Made by a program: the position numbers and the translations under genes. The notes under the pieces are model-generated. The model ran no database searches and had not been told where the DNA came from. It saw nothing but the letters and a program-made list of their open reading frames with translations. A DNA stretch of 64,000 bases from Dipteris shenzhenensis (Eukaryota): the NCBI GenBank assembly GCA_047967505.1, contig CM106538.1. One strand, written 5' to 3'. Positions 1 through 10,454 of this stretch are shown here, one piece after another; the stretch's first letter is position 1; each line of letters starts with the position of its first letter.

Positions 1-977
1 GAGAGAGGCCTGAAATGTGAAAATTCAGTCAATTGTTGTGCTGTCCTTTTTGCCCATTTAACCTCATTCCTCCATTTAGTCATATGCCAGTTTCCATACC
101 CCCTAATGACATTTTGTATATGAGAGACGAAACTGTCCCAAGCATAATCCATGTCCTCCTGGGCATGCAAAGGCAAGGGATGAATTGCAAGTCTGATCAT
201 TTGCTGGAAATATTGATGTCGGAGATAAGCACTAGAAAGAGGTGGCAAATCATCCAGTGGCATACCAAGTTGCAGATTCATCCAAAATGGGGCATGATCT
301 GACAAGCCCAATGAGAAATCTATGAGGAGATGAGGGCTAAAATCTGCATATTGTTGTGGGTAAAACAAATACCATCTGTCAAGCCTTGCCCAGTACGTAG
401 TAAATGCATTATGATGAAAAGTATATCCAGGCACTGACCCTTGGAGAAGCAGCCATAAATCTTCAGCCTGCACAGAAAGAAGCATGCTATCCCATTTTTG
501 CCTTTCCGATGATAGCATATGAGATCTTGAAGTGGTGTTATCTCTCGGCAGAGGGGAATTATTAAAATCTCCACAGATAAATGCATTAGATCTCCATGGA
601 TATTTGCTTAAAGAATCCCATAAAGAAGCCCTCATGGCAGAGGTCTGGGAGGCATAGACTGATGCAAACTCAAGAAAATCACCATTGACATTACATTGTA
701 TGACCATCCATCTGCCACTGCTGTCATTGGAGGCTAACTGAGGCTCCAGCTCATGTCTGACCATTATGCATACACCTGAGTAGGTAGTGGTACCAGCATA
801 ATATATATCATAACCGCCAAAGTCATCATGATGACCAGCCTTAGAGTGTTGATTATGCTCTTGCAAACAAACAATATCTGGCTGCATTTTATGTACATAA
901 TTCCAGAAAAGCCTCCACTTTGAGACATTGCAGAGGCTCTGTACATTGTATGTAAAGCACTTAAGTGTTTGATGCAT
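1..977 (-). CDS. LINE ORF2 N-terminus, APE-type endonuclease (partial; absent from the ORF track because it has no stop in the window)
   Basis: Manual translation from the ATG at 977: MHQTLKCFTYNVQSL...DIVCLQEH...SVYA...ICGDFN...GYTF...ARLDRWY...LSDHAP, with no stop before the window edge. Confidence 0.9.
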   Translation of the reverse strand, partial: MHQTLKCFTYNVQSLCNVSKWRLFWNYVHKMQPDIVCLQEHNQHSKAGHHDDFGGYDIYYAGTTTYSGVCIMVRHELEPQLASNDSSGRWMVIQCNVNGDFLEFASVYASQTSAMRASLWDSLSKYPWRSNAFICGDFNNSPLPRDNTTSRSHMLSSERQKWDSMLLSVQAEDLWLLLQGSVPGYTFHHNAFTTYWARLDRWYLFYPQQYADFSPHLLIDFSLGLSDHAPFWMNLQLGMPLDDLPPLSSAYLRHQYFQQMIRLAIHPLPLHAQEDMDYAWDSFVSHIQNVIRGYGNWHMTKWRNEVKWAKRTAQQLTEFSHFRPL

Positions 978-1019
978 GAAAGAGATATATACAGAAAAGT
1001 ATAAGTATGAGACAAGATA

Positions 1020-2231
1020 TCAGAGAGGCAAAGCCTCTGCCTGCATGGGCTGCATGCCTTCATGGTCCATGAAAGATATAGCATTCTCCCCTTCTTCAGA
1101 ATCACATATGGGGATGCCCTTCTTCAAAACCCCCACCCAATTTTGAAGGACAGGAGCTGAAGTGGAAGCTTGTCCTGGTGAGGGAGAAGAGGCATCCCAT
1201 TGACGAGATTGAAAGGGGCGTTGCTTCAATACAACCACCTTCTTAGGCTGTTGAAAACCATCCCTATCTGTTCCCATAGATTCCTTCATCTTCTCTTTTT
1301 CTTTTTCTTTTCCTTTTCCAGCAAGTGATTGCACCTGATTGATTGGTTTGGCATTCTTCGCTCCATTTCTATTTGCTGTCTTAGCTTGCAAATTCTCATT
1401 CTTTTCCCGTGTCTGGGGCGGTAATGCATTAAGAGGGGGCTGATGTAGAACCATTGGGCATTCAGAGGCTAGGTGCCCAAACTTGTGGCAGGCAAAACAA
1501 GCTCCTGCAAACACACCCCATTTCAGTTCAAAATACTTTTTTCCCAATTGCACTCCCTCAACTTTCACTGCGATAGAAGGAGGGGTGGGTGAATCAGTGT
1601 CCCAGAGAATGCAGAACGTGTTGCGGTTTCCCATAGGGCGTGGAGGACAAATGACCTGTCCCAAAGTAGCAGCCAGGCCAGGCAATTCTTCATGCATATA
1701 GTCTGGGAAGTTAACCACCTCAACCCATACAGGACAATGATGTCGTATGAGACTTTGATAATCCTTGTTGGGGGACCAAGGCTTAGCATGAACCATCTGC
1801 TTCCCGTAAAAGAGGGGAGAAAGCTCAAGTAACCTCTGCTTGCATAAAGCATCCGATAAATGCACCTCATAAAAGCCTCTAGATGCAAAATATACTCCCT
1901 CTACAAAGCATCCTCCAAGGATGGACTTAATCCACTGTGCGACATCACTGGCTGCTGGGATTCTTCCTGGAAAGAAAATTATAACCGCGGTTTGAGATAA
2001 TTTCCTAAGAGGATTTATGAGGGAGGGCAATTTCAATTTGTACGTGACCTCTGGAACTGGTTTGCCCCATTCCTGTCGTGACTCCTGAAAGTCATCCTTG
2101 AGGGTATCAAACACATATTGAGCTTCCATAGTAAGTTCATCATCTTGTGCTGCAGGCTGTGAAGAGCGGTGCTTAGCTTCTGCAGTTCTTTCTTTGCGAG
2201 CATATGTACTAACATCCGAACCTGAAGCCAT
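1020..2231 (-). CDS. LINE ORF1 nucleic-acid-binding protein (DUF4283-like region plus zinc knuckle)
   Basis: 403 aa ORF with PVWVEVVNFP and CFACHKFGHLASEC (CX2CX4HX4C), directly upstream of ORF2. Confidence 0.88.
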   Translation of the reverse strand: MASGSDVSTYARKERTAEAKHRSSQPAAQDDELTMEAQYVFDTLKDDFQESRQEWGKPVPEVTYKLKLPSLINPLRKLSQTAVIIFFPGRIPAASDVAQWIKSILGGCFVEGVYFASRGFYEVHLSDALCKQRLLELSPLFYGKQMVHAKPWSPNKDYQSLIRHHCPVWVEVVNFPDYMHEELPGLAATLGQVICPPRPMGNRNTFCILWDTDSPTPPSIAVKVEGVQLGKKYFELKWGVFAGACFACHKFGHLASECPMVLHQPPLNALPPQTREKNENLQAKTANRNGAKNAKPINQVQSLAGKGKEKEKEKMKESMGTDRDGFQQPKKVVVLKQRPFQSRQWDASSPSPGQASTSAPVLQNWVGVLKKGIPICDSEEGENAISFMDHEGMQPMQAEALPL

Positions 2232-2258
2232 GATTCAAAGACGACAAGGCAAGAGGGA

Positions 2259-2696
2259 CTGTACGGAGAAGTAGAGAACCAGAAACAAGCGAGTCACAGG
2301 AGGGTACAGAGAAGCACGAGAGTGAGAACTCGGGACTGTACGGAAAAGAACTGGTTTGTATGGACAAAACCAGGCTGTACGAAGGTACAGTCAGGGCTGT
2401 ACGGGAAAGAGCAGATTGCACGAAAAGGGCAGACTGTACGGGAAAATGAGCGGAGCTGTACGGACGGGGCTGTACGGGAAAGGGCAGACTGTACGGACGT
2501 GGCTGTACGGGAAAGAGCAAAACTGTACGGAGACACAAGCGGAGCTGTACGGACGTACGGAGGTAAGCTGCAAGGAAAAGTACGGCGATGCAGAGAGGCG
2601 GGAGCTACGTTCAAAGCTGCGCAGAGGTAAGCCAACCTTAGCGTAGGTGGTCGTACTGCCGTACGAAAACCGTACGGCGGCCGTACAATTGTACGG
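2259..2696 (-). repeat. Array of CCGTAC(AG) motifs in the LINE 5'UTR
   Basis: About 14 GTACGG on + and several more GTAC cores within about 440 bp. Confidence 0.9.
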
Positions 2697-2761
2697 TCAT
2701 AAAGGGCGACTGCACGGGAGCTTTGGCAAGGGTGAACAGCAGAGGCCCGCTCTCTCTTCTC

Positions 2762-2850
2762 TCACACACCACACGAGTCACACACACACACTCACACACA
2801 CACACACGCACACACACACTACACACACACACACACACACTACACAGCCA

Positions 2851-2895
<45 letters not shown>
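2762..2895. repeat. Compound (CA)n/(CT)n microsatellite
   Basis: Directly visible dinucleotide runs. Confidence 0.97.
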
Positions 2896-2896
<1 letters not shown>

Positions 2897-3665
2897 CATA
2901 TATGTGCATATGCACATATATGTACTTTACATAGATCTATTAAGCTATTTTCTTTTTCATGGCCCTTGACATATCCAATTAGCAGTGACATCCCTTCATT
3001 TGAGATATTTTATTCAGGTTGTAGGTGGTAATTATCAATATAAAGTGAGCCAACTACAAGTCTTTGAGTACCTGTCTTCTAGCATGCAAATGCCTTATTT
3101 GCTTGTAATTTCTTTCATCTTCGTTCTTTTTTCAAACAGGCCATTATCCAATTAGAGAGACTACTGAGCTCTATACTCCATAATGAGCTCAATTAAATGA
3201 TTTGCTTAAAAAGATGTTTTACATTGGGGGACCTTGTTCTTCTTTGAGAGGGTCTTACTTTATCAATTTTTAAATACTGTGCTGTGTAAGATGGTGTATT
3301 ACAGACCACCTCATATATATATATAGCTGATTGTATACCTACTTAGCGTCTTCTGCATGCATGGACAGCAAATCTGCTAGTGAATGTGATGAATTTTATA
3401 AATAGAGTATAGACAAGATGGAGTGGGATCACATAATTTTTCGTAAGCAAAGTACAAATGTTTTTTCAATGTACAAGTCCACATCCACTGCTATAAGTCG
3501 ATTTAGTATAGTGACAAGCTCAAGTTTTAGGATTCATCGCCTTCCATTGAGGTAAATCAGTTGAGGTATTATATTCTGTGTAACTTTAGTTTCGTCTTGG
3601 AGTTTTATTATTCTATCTTATATGGAAGCACCTCTGACATATGTGCCTTCAACCAATTGAACCAG

Positions 3666-3744
3666 CCTGTTCTTTGTCGAAGACTAGTGGAAATGAAGCC
3701 AGATTTAATTCCCTTATTACCATTGATTCAAGCCCTTGTCCCAG
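3666..3744 (+). CDS. Host gene exon a (PVLCRRLVEMKPDLIPLLPLIQALVP)
   Basis: ccag|CCT ... CCAG|gtatct; ends in phase 1. Confidence 0.85.
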
Positions 3745-3890
3745 GTATCTTGTAATGTATCTTTCGTGCTCTTTTGTTTGAACTGGGATTATTGCTTAAG
3801 CTCATAGTCTATATATGGTTACGTTTTCTTTTTTGCTACAAAGTATCACCTAGCTCATTTCTTCAGCAAATAAAATGCCATTGTCAGCAG

Positions 3891-3982
3891 CACTACGGCC
3901 CAAATCAAGTGTCAATGCTGATCAGCTGGATGAGAGTTTTGTACCTTGGCAAGCCTCGATGGTTCAACGTGCTTTTTCTCAG
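3891..3982 (+). CDS. Host gene exon b (ALRPKSSVNADQLDESFVPWQASMVQRAFSQ)
   Basis: cagcag|CA ... CAG|gtcata; phase 1 in, phase 0 out. Confidence 0.85.
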
Positions 3983-4149
3983 GTCATATTGTCCTTGCTG
4001 TGCCATATTCAAAATATTCTGGTATTACCTGTTTCTGACTGATAGAATTATTGAGTATCTTCGCCGGAACAAAAGGTTTGCCAAAGTTGAGACTAGCAGG
4101 ATGGGTCAAAAGCTGTTTAGGTGTGATAATTTGTTTGTTCTTCCTGCAG

Positions 4150-4233
4150 GTAGTATCCTTGTCAACGTCACCAACTTATCACCCTCTACTCGATGCGTGT
4201 TCTGGTTATTTGTCATCTTTCTCACTAGCTCAT
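4150..4233 (+). CDS. Host gene exon c (VVSLSTSPTYHPLLDACSGYLSSFSLAH)
   Basis: ttcctgcag|GTA ... CAT|gtacgt; 84 nt. Confidence 0.9.
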
Positions 4234-4385
4234 GTACGTCCAGTTCGTACTTATTGCTTTGATCAAATTTGTTTAAATATGCATTTCTGTCTGGCTGGGA
4301 TTAAATGTTTTGAATTTAAGTCAATATGTGTGTTGACAAGCTCTTTCTCGGAGGCTTGCTTGTGACTACGTCATTTGTGATTCAG

Positions 4386-4460
4386 GAAAAGGCTGCATGT
4401 ATCATCATTGACTTGTGCTCTGGGCCCCTTGCTCCATGGCTACCTGTGGTGATTGCTAAG
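4386..4460 (+). CDS. Host gene exon d (EKAACIIIDLCSGPLAPWLPVVIAK)
   Basis: ttcag|GAA ... AAG|gttgga; 75 nt. Confidence 0.9.
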
Positions 4461-4559
4461 GTTGGAATCTAGTCGTCACTCCAAGGTCGTGGCTTAAAGT
4501 ATTCTTGAAGAATTCTCTCTTTACTGATCTGACATGTTGAGGTGGTGTGTTGGAAGCAG

Positions 4560-4607
4560 GTGGATCTAGCTTTCGAACTTGTTGAAGATCTTTTGGGCAT
4601 TATCCAG
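4560..4607 (+). CDS. Host gene exon e (VDLAFELVEDLLGIIQ)
   Basis: gcag|GTG ... CAG|gttgaa; 48 nt. Confidence 0.88.
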
Positions 4608-5519
4608 GTTGAATTTCCTGATCCACTTGACTCATTGATTTTACTTACCCCACACTTGAAATGACTGCGAGTCAGTCTTTTTAACCTTTATCATTTCCTT
4701 TCCTTTCCTATCCTCTCCTTGCATTTTGGCTCCCTTTATGACTGCTGAAATGTGGAAAACACTACTAGAGTCATATCAGGATCTTATTTGCTCGACAGGT
4801 TCGGGCAACTTTTAATCCCTCTGTCCCTGTAGCTGGCTTATACATACATACGATTAGTAGTAATGGTTTACAGATTATTACCATATAATGCATGACAGTG
4901 GTTCATAATATGGCATAATCTGCTTTGATATTTATGTATTTTGATGTTTTCTCCTGGCTCTCAAGGAATAATTGTAATCCATGCTGACTGTTTCGTGAGC
5001 TTTTACAGTTTCCATATCAGGTGCATTAGTGATTGAGGCAGTTCTAGTATGTGTACTGTATGGAAATTAGTGTGCGGAATGGTAAGGCACGCTGTGTACT
5101 ATACCATATGTGTAAGTTTACATTACAGATATAACTAAATAACACACAAAGAGACTCAATTTGAAACTGATAAAATTTGAAACCAATTACTAGATTAAGA
5201 TTGTAGCGTTAGGTGTGTGTTATAATTACACATATATATCTAAAGGAAGGGGACACATTTGGACCTCACCCTTTTTTATTTTGATTTTTAAATTTAAAAT
5301 GCAGCCTTACAAAATGCACACACAAAAACAAAACAAAAGAATGTACATCACTAGTAGTCAACTATGATAGAGTCTACTTGATTGATGATGGTGATTATCA
5401 TTACATTCTATGGACTATAGTCAATAGTATATTACTTCTCCGCCTCTCCCTCTCTATGCTAACCTATCTCTCCCCCCTGTCCGTATTTTGGGAAAAAATA
5501 TAATTATTTACAAAGACGG

Positions 5520-7387
5520 TGCACTTTACACATCATATATATTTGTGTCCTCCTCCTCCTCCTCATCAACACCAACATCAGGACATCATGGTGGGTGGGG
5601 GCAATGGAGGCATGAAATCGGCAATAGAGTGCTGTAAGCTGCTCACGGGTGTGGCCCTGTGACTTCTTCTGGTCATAGCTCTGCAACTAACAAGGGCAAT
5701 AGTAACCCCTGTTAGCCGGGCTCCGACTCTGAATAGAGAGGGGGTATCCCCAAGGGTAACTGTGGGTCAACCCTACTGTTGAGTCACTGGCTCTGGGTTA
5801 CGATCATGTTGAGGCCTTGTATCGTGGGGGTCCATGTGATGTGGCAGGAAGAACTCCGTGATAGAGCTCTGAGATGGATCTGTCAAGGGAGAAGTCTGCT
5901 CCTATCTTGGTGTTCGAAGTAGCCTCTTGCGGTGCTTGGTTGCCTCATGGATGAAGGCTGCCAAGCATCTTTGGTCTGGATAGGAGAGGAATCTAGACAA
6001 AACCCCAGGCAGTAGAAATGCCCTCGGATCTCGTAGTAAATAGGACACCTGAAGATGAAGTGCTTCTCCATCTCAACCTTTTGTGTGTCACATAATGTGC
6101 ATATGCGCCTCTCCTTGGGTAGGCCCTCTGCTCTCTCGCTCTCGATACGACGTCTATGTGAAGAGACCCGAAACTGCCTAATAGAGATCCTCAATGAGTG
6201 GAGTAAGTGGATCTGTGTGTATCCTGGTGGGTCAATAAAACCCTCCTCCGTGATATGCAAGCAGTGATCTCTGTAGACGCCGAGCTTCATTGGAAGCTCG
6301 CTTGGTCCCAACCAGGTCCGGAATGTGTGTAGTTGTAAAAGATCCTCATGGATTACGTGGTTAACCTCGTGTGACAAGAGGGGAGAAAACAGAGTGTCTA
6401 GACTACACTGGAAGGGAGGGAGTCTATCCATGTGGATCCCTGGTCACTCAAACCATCTCTTTGTGCGTGCATACCAGCATCTTTGGTCACCTCCTGTTGA
6501 GAGTGCCATAGAAGAGGACAATGCTAGCCATGGTAGTCTGTTGCGCAGAGAAGTGTAATCCCCATACTCCCTAACTTGATACAGATACGTGATGACCTGA
6601 AATGCAGCATCTAGCTGTAATGGGGATGACCCAAACTCAGACTGAATGATTTGGTGATGAACGGATGGTTTACCGCGAATCATCCGCAATAGCATGAGAA
6701 CCTGTAGCCGCTCCACATGAGCCCACTCTATATCCGACAAGTCTGGCCCCCAATAAGGGCTGCCATACATCCCTGCTGGGCGGACCAAGGAGTCAAAAAG
6801 CAGCCCCTCGTTCCGTGGATCCTAAAAGTGCGAGCAGAAGCACTGCCTCTCTAGTCTTGCCAATGAAGCGTATCCTCTGTCCAGGATAGCTTGTATCGCG
6901 GTCTCATAGTGAATATGCGTCCAGAAAAGACAACCCCAAGGTACGTGTATGACGAAACTATCTCAACACGTGACCCATCAAACGTGAACTGGTCTTGGTG
7001 CATGGCGGCTCAAGATGTATTGAAGACCATAACCTTGGTTTTACCAAGGTTGACCTTCAAATCATGAGACTCACAGAAAAACTGTAGGGCGTCAAGGTGT
7101 CTCTGGAGCCCCTCTGCTGAGGAAGACAAAAGTGCCACATCATTTGCATATAGCAATATCTGGATCAACGTGCTGGCAAGAGAGCATGCATCCCCCCTTG
7201 GTGTTTGCATCACTGTCTCGAGCTCATCAATGTAGAGGCCAAACAGGGTAGGTGATAAAGGACACCCTTGTTTGACCCCAATAGTGTTAATGATCTCATG
7301 TGTCCACCTAGGCCCTGCATGGACTCTGCCTGAGACTCTCGTATAATGCCATGACAGCCCAAATGATCTCTTGGTCATAACCTAAGA
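5520..7387 (-). mobile_element. RTE-X-like LINE, 5'-truncated, decayed (RT C-half, zinc finger, C-terminal tail)
   Basis: GVKQGCPLSPTLFGLYID, LLYANDV, VNLGKTKVM, ICTLC...HFIFRCPIY; stops and frameshifts. The clade is inferred from motif style. Confidence 0.85.
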
Positions 7388-7388
7388 A

Positions 7389-7676
7389 TTGACTACGGTC
7401 CAAGATACTTGACTCTAGTCAAGTAAGCCTGATTTTGGTCGGAGAGACTTGGTTTGATAACCAAGAGGGTTAATTGCGGTTAACCAGAGAACCATAGAGT
7501 TGACTACGGTCAGAGAGTGTTGACTTCGATCAATGAGACTTGGCATACGCCAAGAGGTTTAACTACGGTTAACCAAGATGTGCCAACTTCGGTTGGAGAG
7601 ACTTGATTATAATTAAGGCGCCTCGGCCCTTGGTCAAATCCCCTTCATCATGATCAAGAGGATTGACCTCGGTCAA
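7389..7676 (+). repeat. Array of about 14 short inverted repeats (hairpins with mostly 4-nt loops)
   Basis: For example cttgac-tcta-gtcaag, cttggtt-tgat-aaccaag, cttggc-atac-gccaag, ttaac-tacg-gttaa, ccaac-ttcg-gttgg, ttgac-ctcg-gtcaa. Confidence 0.9.
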
Positions 7677-8089
7677 CCAGAGAAATGTTTTATGTTGTGC
7701 GCACATGTGTTCAGTGGGGACGCCCACTGTGACTAGGATTAGTCGACAGTTTATTATTTGCATGCAAGCGCTAACAATTAATGGGTGCCACGGTGGTACT
7801 AAGAAGGGTTGATTTCCCAAGCGCTAAGGAGCTTGGCAAGCGACCAGAAGATGTCGTGTGACCAAGGAACATCGAAGACCCTACTACATTTTAGTTAGAT
7901 ATTTTGACACTTGGCATGTTGCCAAAATATTGAGCCATGAGCTCTTTGTAAAAATTGATTCACGTTTTGGATTTTAGAACACAGCTTCCATGCTGAACTA
8001 TTGTACTGAGGTTCCCTCTTCATGAATAAAGCCTTGGGGGGGTCCAGCCCGACGATTGTCCTGGGCCCTAGTGTGTTTGTAAAGAGAGA

Positions 8090-9850
8090 AAGAAAGAAAG
8101 AAATTTTATTAGAGTCTTCGGAAGACCGATGGGTCTATGAGACTGAAAGAAAACCTGATACAAATCACAGTAAGGGTGGAGCTACTAAAACGAGCATCAT
8201 CACCCATGTTGAATCCTAAGTCTGATCATACATAATCAAATACATTTGGATGTAACAATGAAAAGAAAAGGACTGGAGCGGAGCGGAATCCTCCGTATGT
8301 CATGTCGCCCTGGCCAGTGCATAGCCGGTGATGGGATGCTGGCGCCCGTCAAGGGGTGCTATGTGTCTCGGTCTGCTGGACGAGGCTCGACGCAAGACCA
8401 GAGCCACCGTGACTCCCGTGGGACGTATCTTGGGTCTAAACAATGACGGGAGGTCCCCCAGAGTGATCTGTGTGTCCCCTCGATGTCTCGTGTGTCGTGT
8501 TGCGATCGTCGGGTCGGGGTCTCTGTCATGTCTGCAGCTAGAGACTGGACGATCAATGTCACTTGATGGGAAGAACTCTGTGATCCTGCTCCGAGAGGTG
8601 TCTGATGATGTGGCCAAGCCCCGTCGCCTGAGTAAGTGCTCTCTGTGTCGGACCCCCTCGTGAATGAAGGCCGCGAGGCGTCTCTGATGTGGGTAGGCGA
8701 GGAATCTGGAAAGGAGCCCGGAGCTGTCTCTGAAGAGGCAGTGGTAGTGACCGCGGATCTCGTAGTACACTGGGCACCTGAAAATAAAATGCTCCTCCGA
8801 CTCGACCTCCTGACAATCGCACAATATGCATAAGCGATGCTCCCTAGGAATCCCCTTTGCTCTTCCGCTCTCTATGTGGAGACGGTGTGATGATACCGAA
8901 AACTGTCCGATGAAGACCCGTAGTGAGTGAGGCATATGAAGCTCAGTGTACCCTGGTGGTGTGATGAATCCCTTCTCTGAAATACGAAGACAATAATCTC
9001 TGTAGAAACTCAGCTTCACTGGAAGCTCCCTCGGCTCCAACCAGGTCCTAAAGGTGTGTAGCTGCAGGAGATCCTCTCGAATGACCTGGTTGGTGTGTGG
9101 CCCGATCGGATGGTGGATGGGAGAACTGGAGGGGCATCTAAACTGTACTGAAAAGGAGGTATCCTATCGATGTGGAACCCTAGTCTCACAAACCATCTGT
9201 GAGTCCATGCATACCAGCATCGCTCGTCTCCCTCTGCTGCCAACCTCATGGAGGAATCGAGAGCCAACCATGGCAACCTCTGTCTCTCTGATGTGCAGTT
9301 CCCATATGATCTAACCCAGTGTAGATATATAATGGTCTGAAAGGCTGCATCTAGCTTGAGTGGAGAAGTACCAAACTCGGCCTGAATGATGTGATGTGGT
9401 ACAGATGGTTTCCCCCGGATCATTCGTGAGAGCATGAGGATCTGCAGGCGCTCCACCCGTGTCCACTCTATCTCTGACATGTCAGGCCCCCAACAAGGGC
9501 TGCCATACATACCGGCTGGTCAGACCAAGGAGTCGAAGAGAAGAGCCTTGGTCCGAGGGTCCTGGAAGTGGGAGTGGAAGCATTGTCTCTCTAGCCGAGC
9601 CAGTGAGGCGTATCCCCTGCTCAGTCTGGCCTGCATCGCTAGTCTCATCGTGAAGATCGGGTTGGAGAAGATGACCCCCAAGTAAGTGTATGAGGATACA
9701 ACCTCAACTGCTGACCCATCGAAAGTAAAAGTAAACTGCTTCCGTTGCATGCTTGCTCGAGAGGTGTTAAAGATCATGACCTTGGTCTTGCCAAGGTTGA
9801 CCTCCAAGTCACGAAATAGACAAAAAACCTGTAGTGCATCCGGGTGTCGC
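8090..9850 (-). mobile_element. RTE-X-like LINE, 5'-truncated with intact 3' end, nested in the LTR of Gypsy A
   Basis: VNLGKTKVM, YTYLGV, LCILC...HFIFRCPVY; conserved 3'UTR and (TTTC)n tail; degenerate TSD tgtaaag-agaga (8078) / tgcaaaggagaga (9851). Confidence 0.87.
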
Positions 9851-9896
9851 TGCAAAGGAGAGAGTGTTTGCAGTAGTTTTGTCCTGGAGATTGCAT

Positions 9897-9908
9897 TGGT
9901 ATCATAGC
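9897..9908 (+). promoter_or_regulatory. Primer-binding site (tRNA-iMet type) of Gypsy A
   Basis: TGGTATCATAGC, one mismatch to TGGTATCAGAGC, 1 nt after a CA end. Confidence 0.75.
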
Positions 9909-10454
9909 TGAATTTTTTTCATCACTCTTCTTAGAGCGTGACGATCCAAGAGCAGGAGGTTTAGCGATGCCACGTGTAAATAATTCGTGGTAACGTTGAG
10001 ATCCTCACAAGATTTTCTATTGGCGCAGAGTAGCTGTTTATGAACTTGCAAGACAAGCGTTGAGGAGCATTTCCAACGATTTGGTAACCGTGCAAGGCTA
10101 CATAAGCTTGTAGCTGTTGACATTTAGCGGTACATCATTCCAGCATTTGACGGAAGCGTGCATTAGTATAGAGGCTTGGATTGGCAACGCGAAAAGGCAA
10201 CGCAAAGCTAGATTGCTGGTGTAAAGCTTCAAATGGGTCTGAGCGTAGTGCGTGTTCTCGACGCCAGTACTCATAGGCTAAGCAGCCCGCTGAACTGCGT
10301 AAGGCGATGAAGGCAATGTGTGCGGGCCGTGAGCTTCACGTGTGGAGAATTTCTGACGGGATTCGTCACGGTGCTGCAGAAGTGACTAGGCGCACATAGA
10401 AGGTCCCGCGACGCGCGACGCCGACCAAGCCACCCAAGGTCTGAAACCTTAGGC

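Larger units (their letters stand above)
1..2745 (-). mobile_element. L1-like LINE, 5' part (5'UTR, ORF1, start of ORF2); runs off the window start
   Basis: Intact ORF1 with a CCHC knuckle, followed about 40 nt later by an open APE-endonuclease frame; the 5' end abuts a (GT)n/(GA)n tract on its sense strand. Confidence 0.9.

Noticed and set aside
2209-3031. Cluster of short ORFs
   Set aside because: They are translations of the CCGTAC array and of (CA)n/(CT)n microsatellites
3140-3183. Candidate upstream exon after ttcaaacag
   Set aside because: No donor site or peptide resembling the expected upstream part of the protein; the frame I read stops quickly
7389-7676. CRISPR-like or attC-like array
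   Set aside because: The units are not identical repeats with unique 30-40 nt spacers, there are no cas or integrase genes, and the context is a plant LTR
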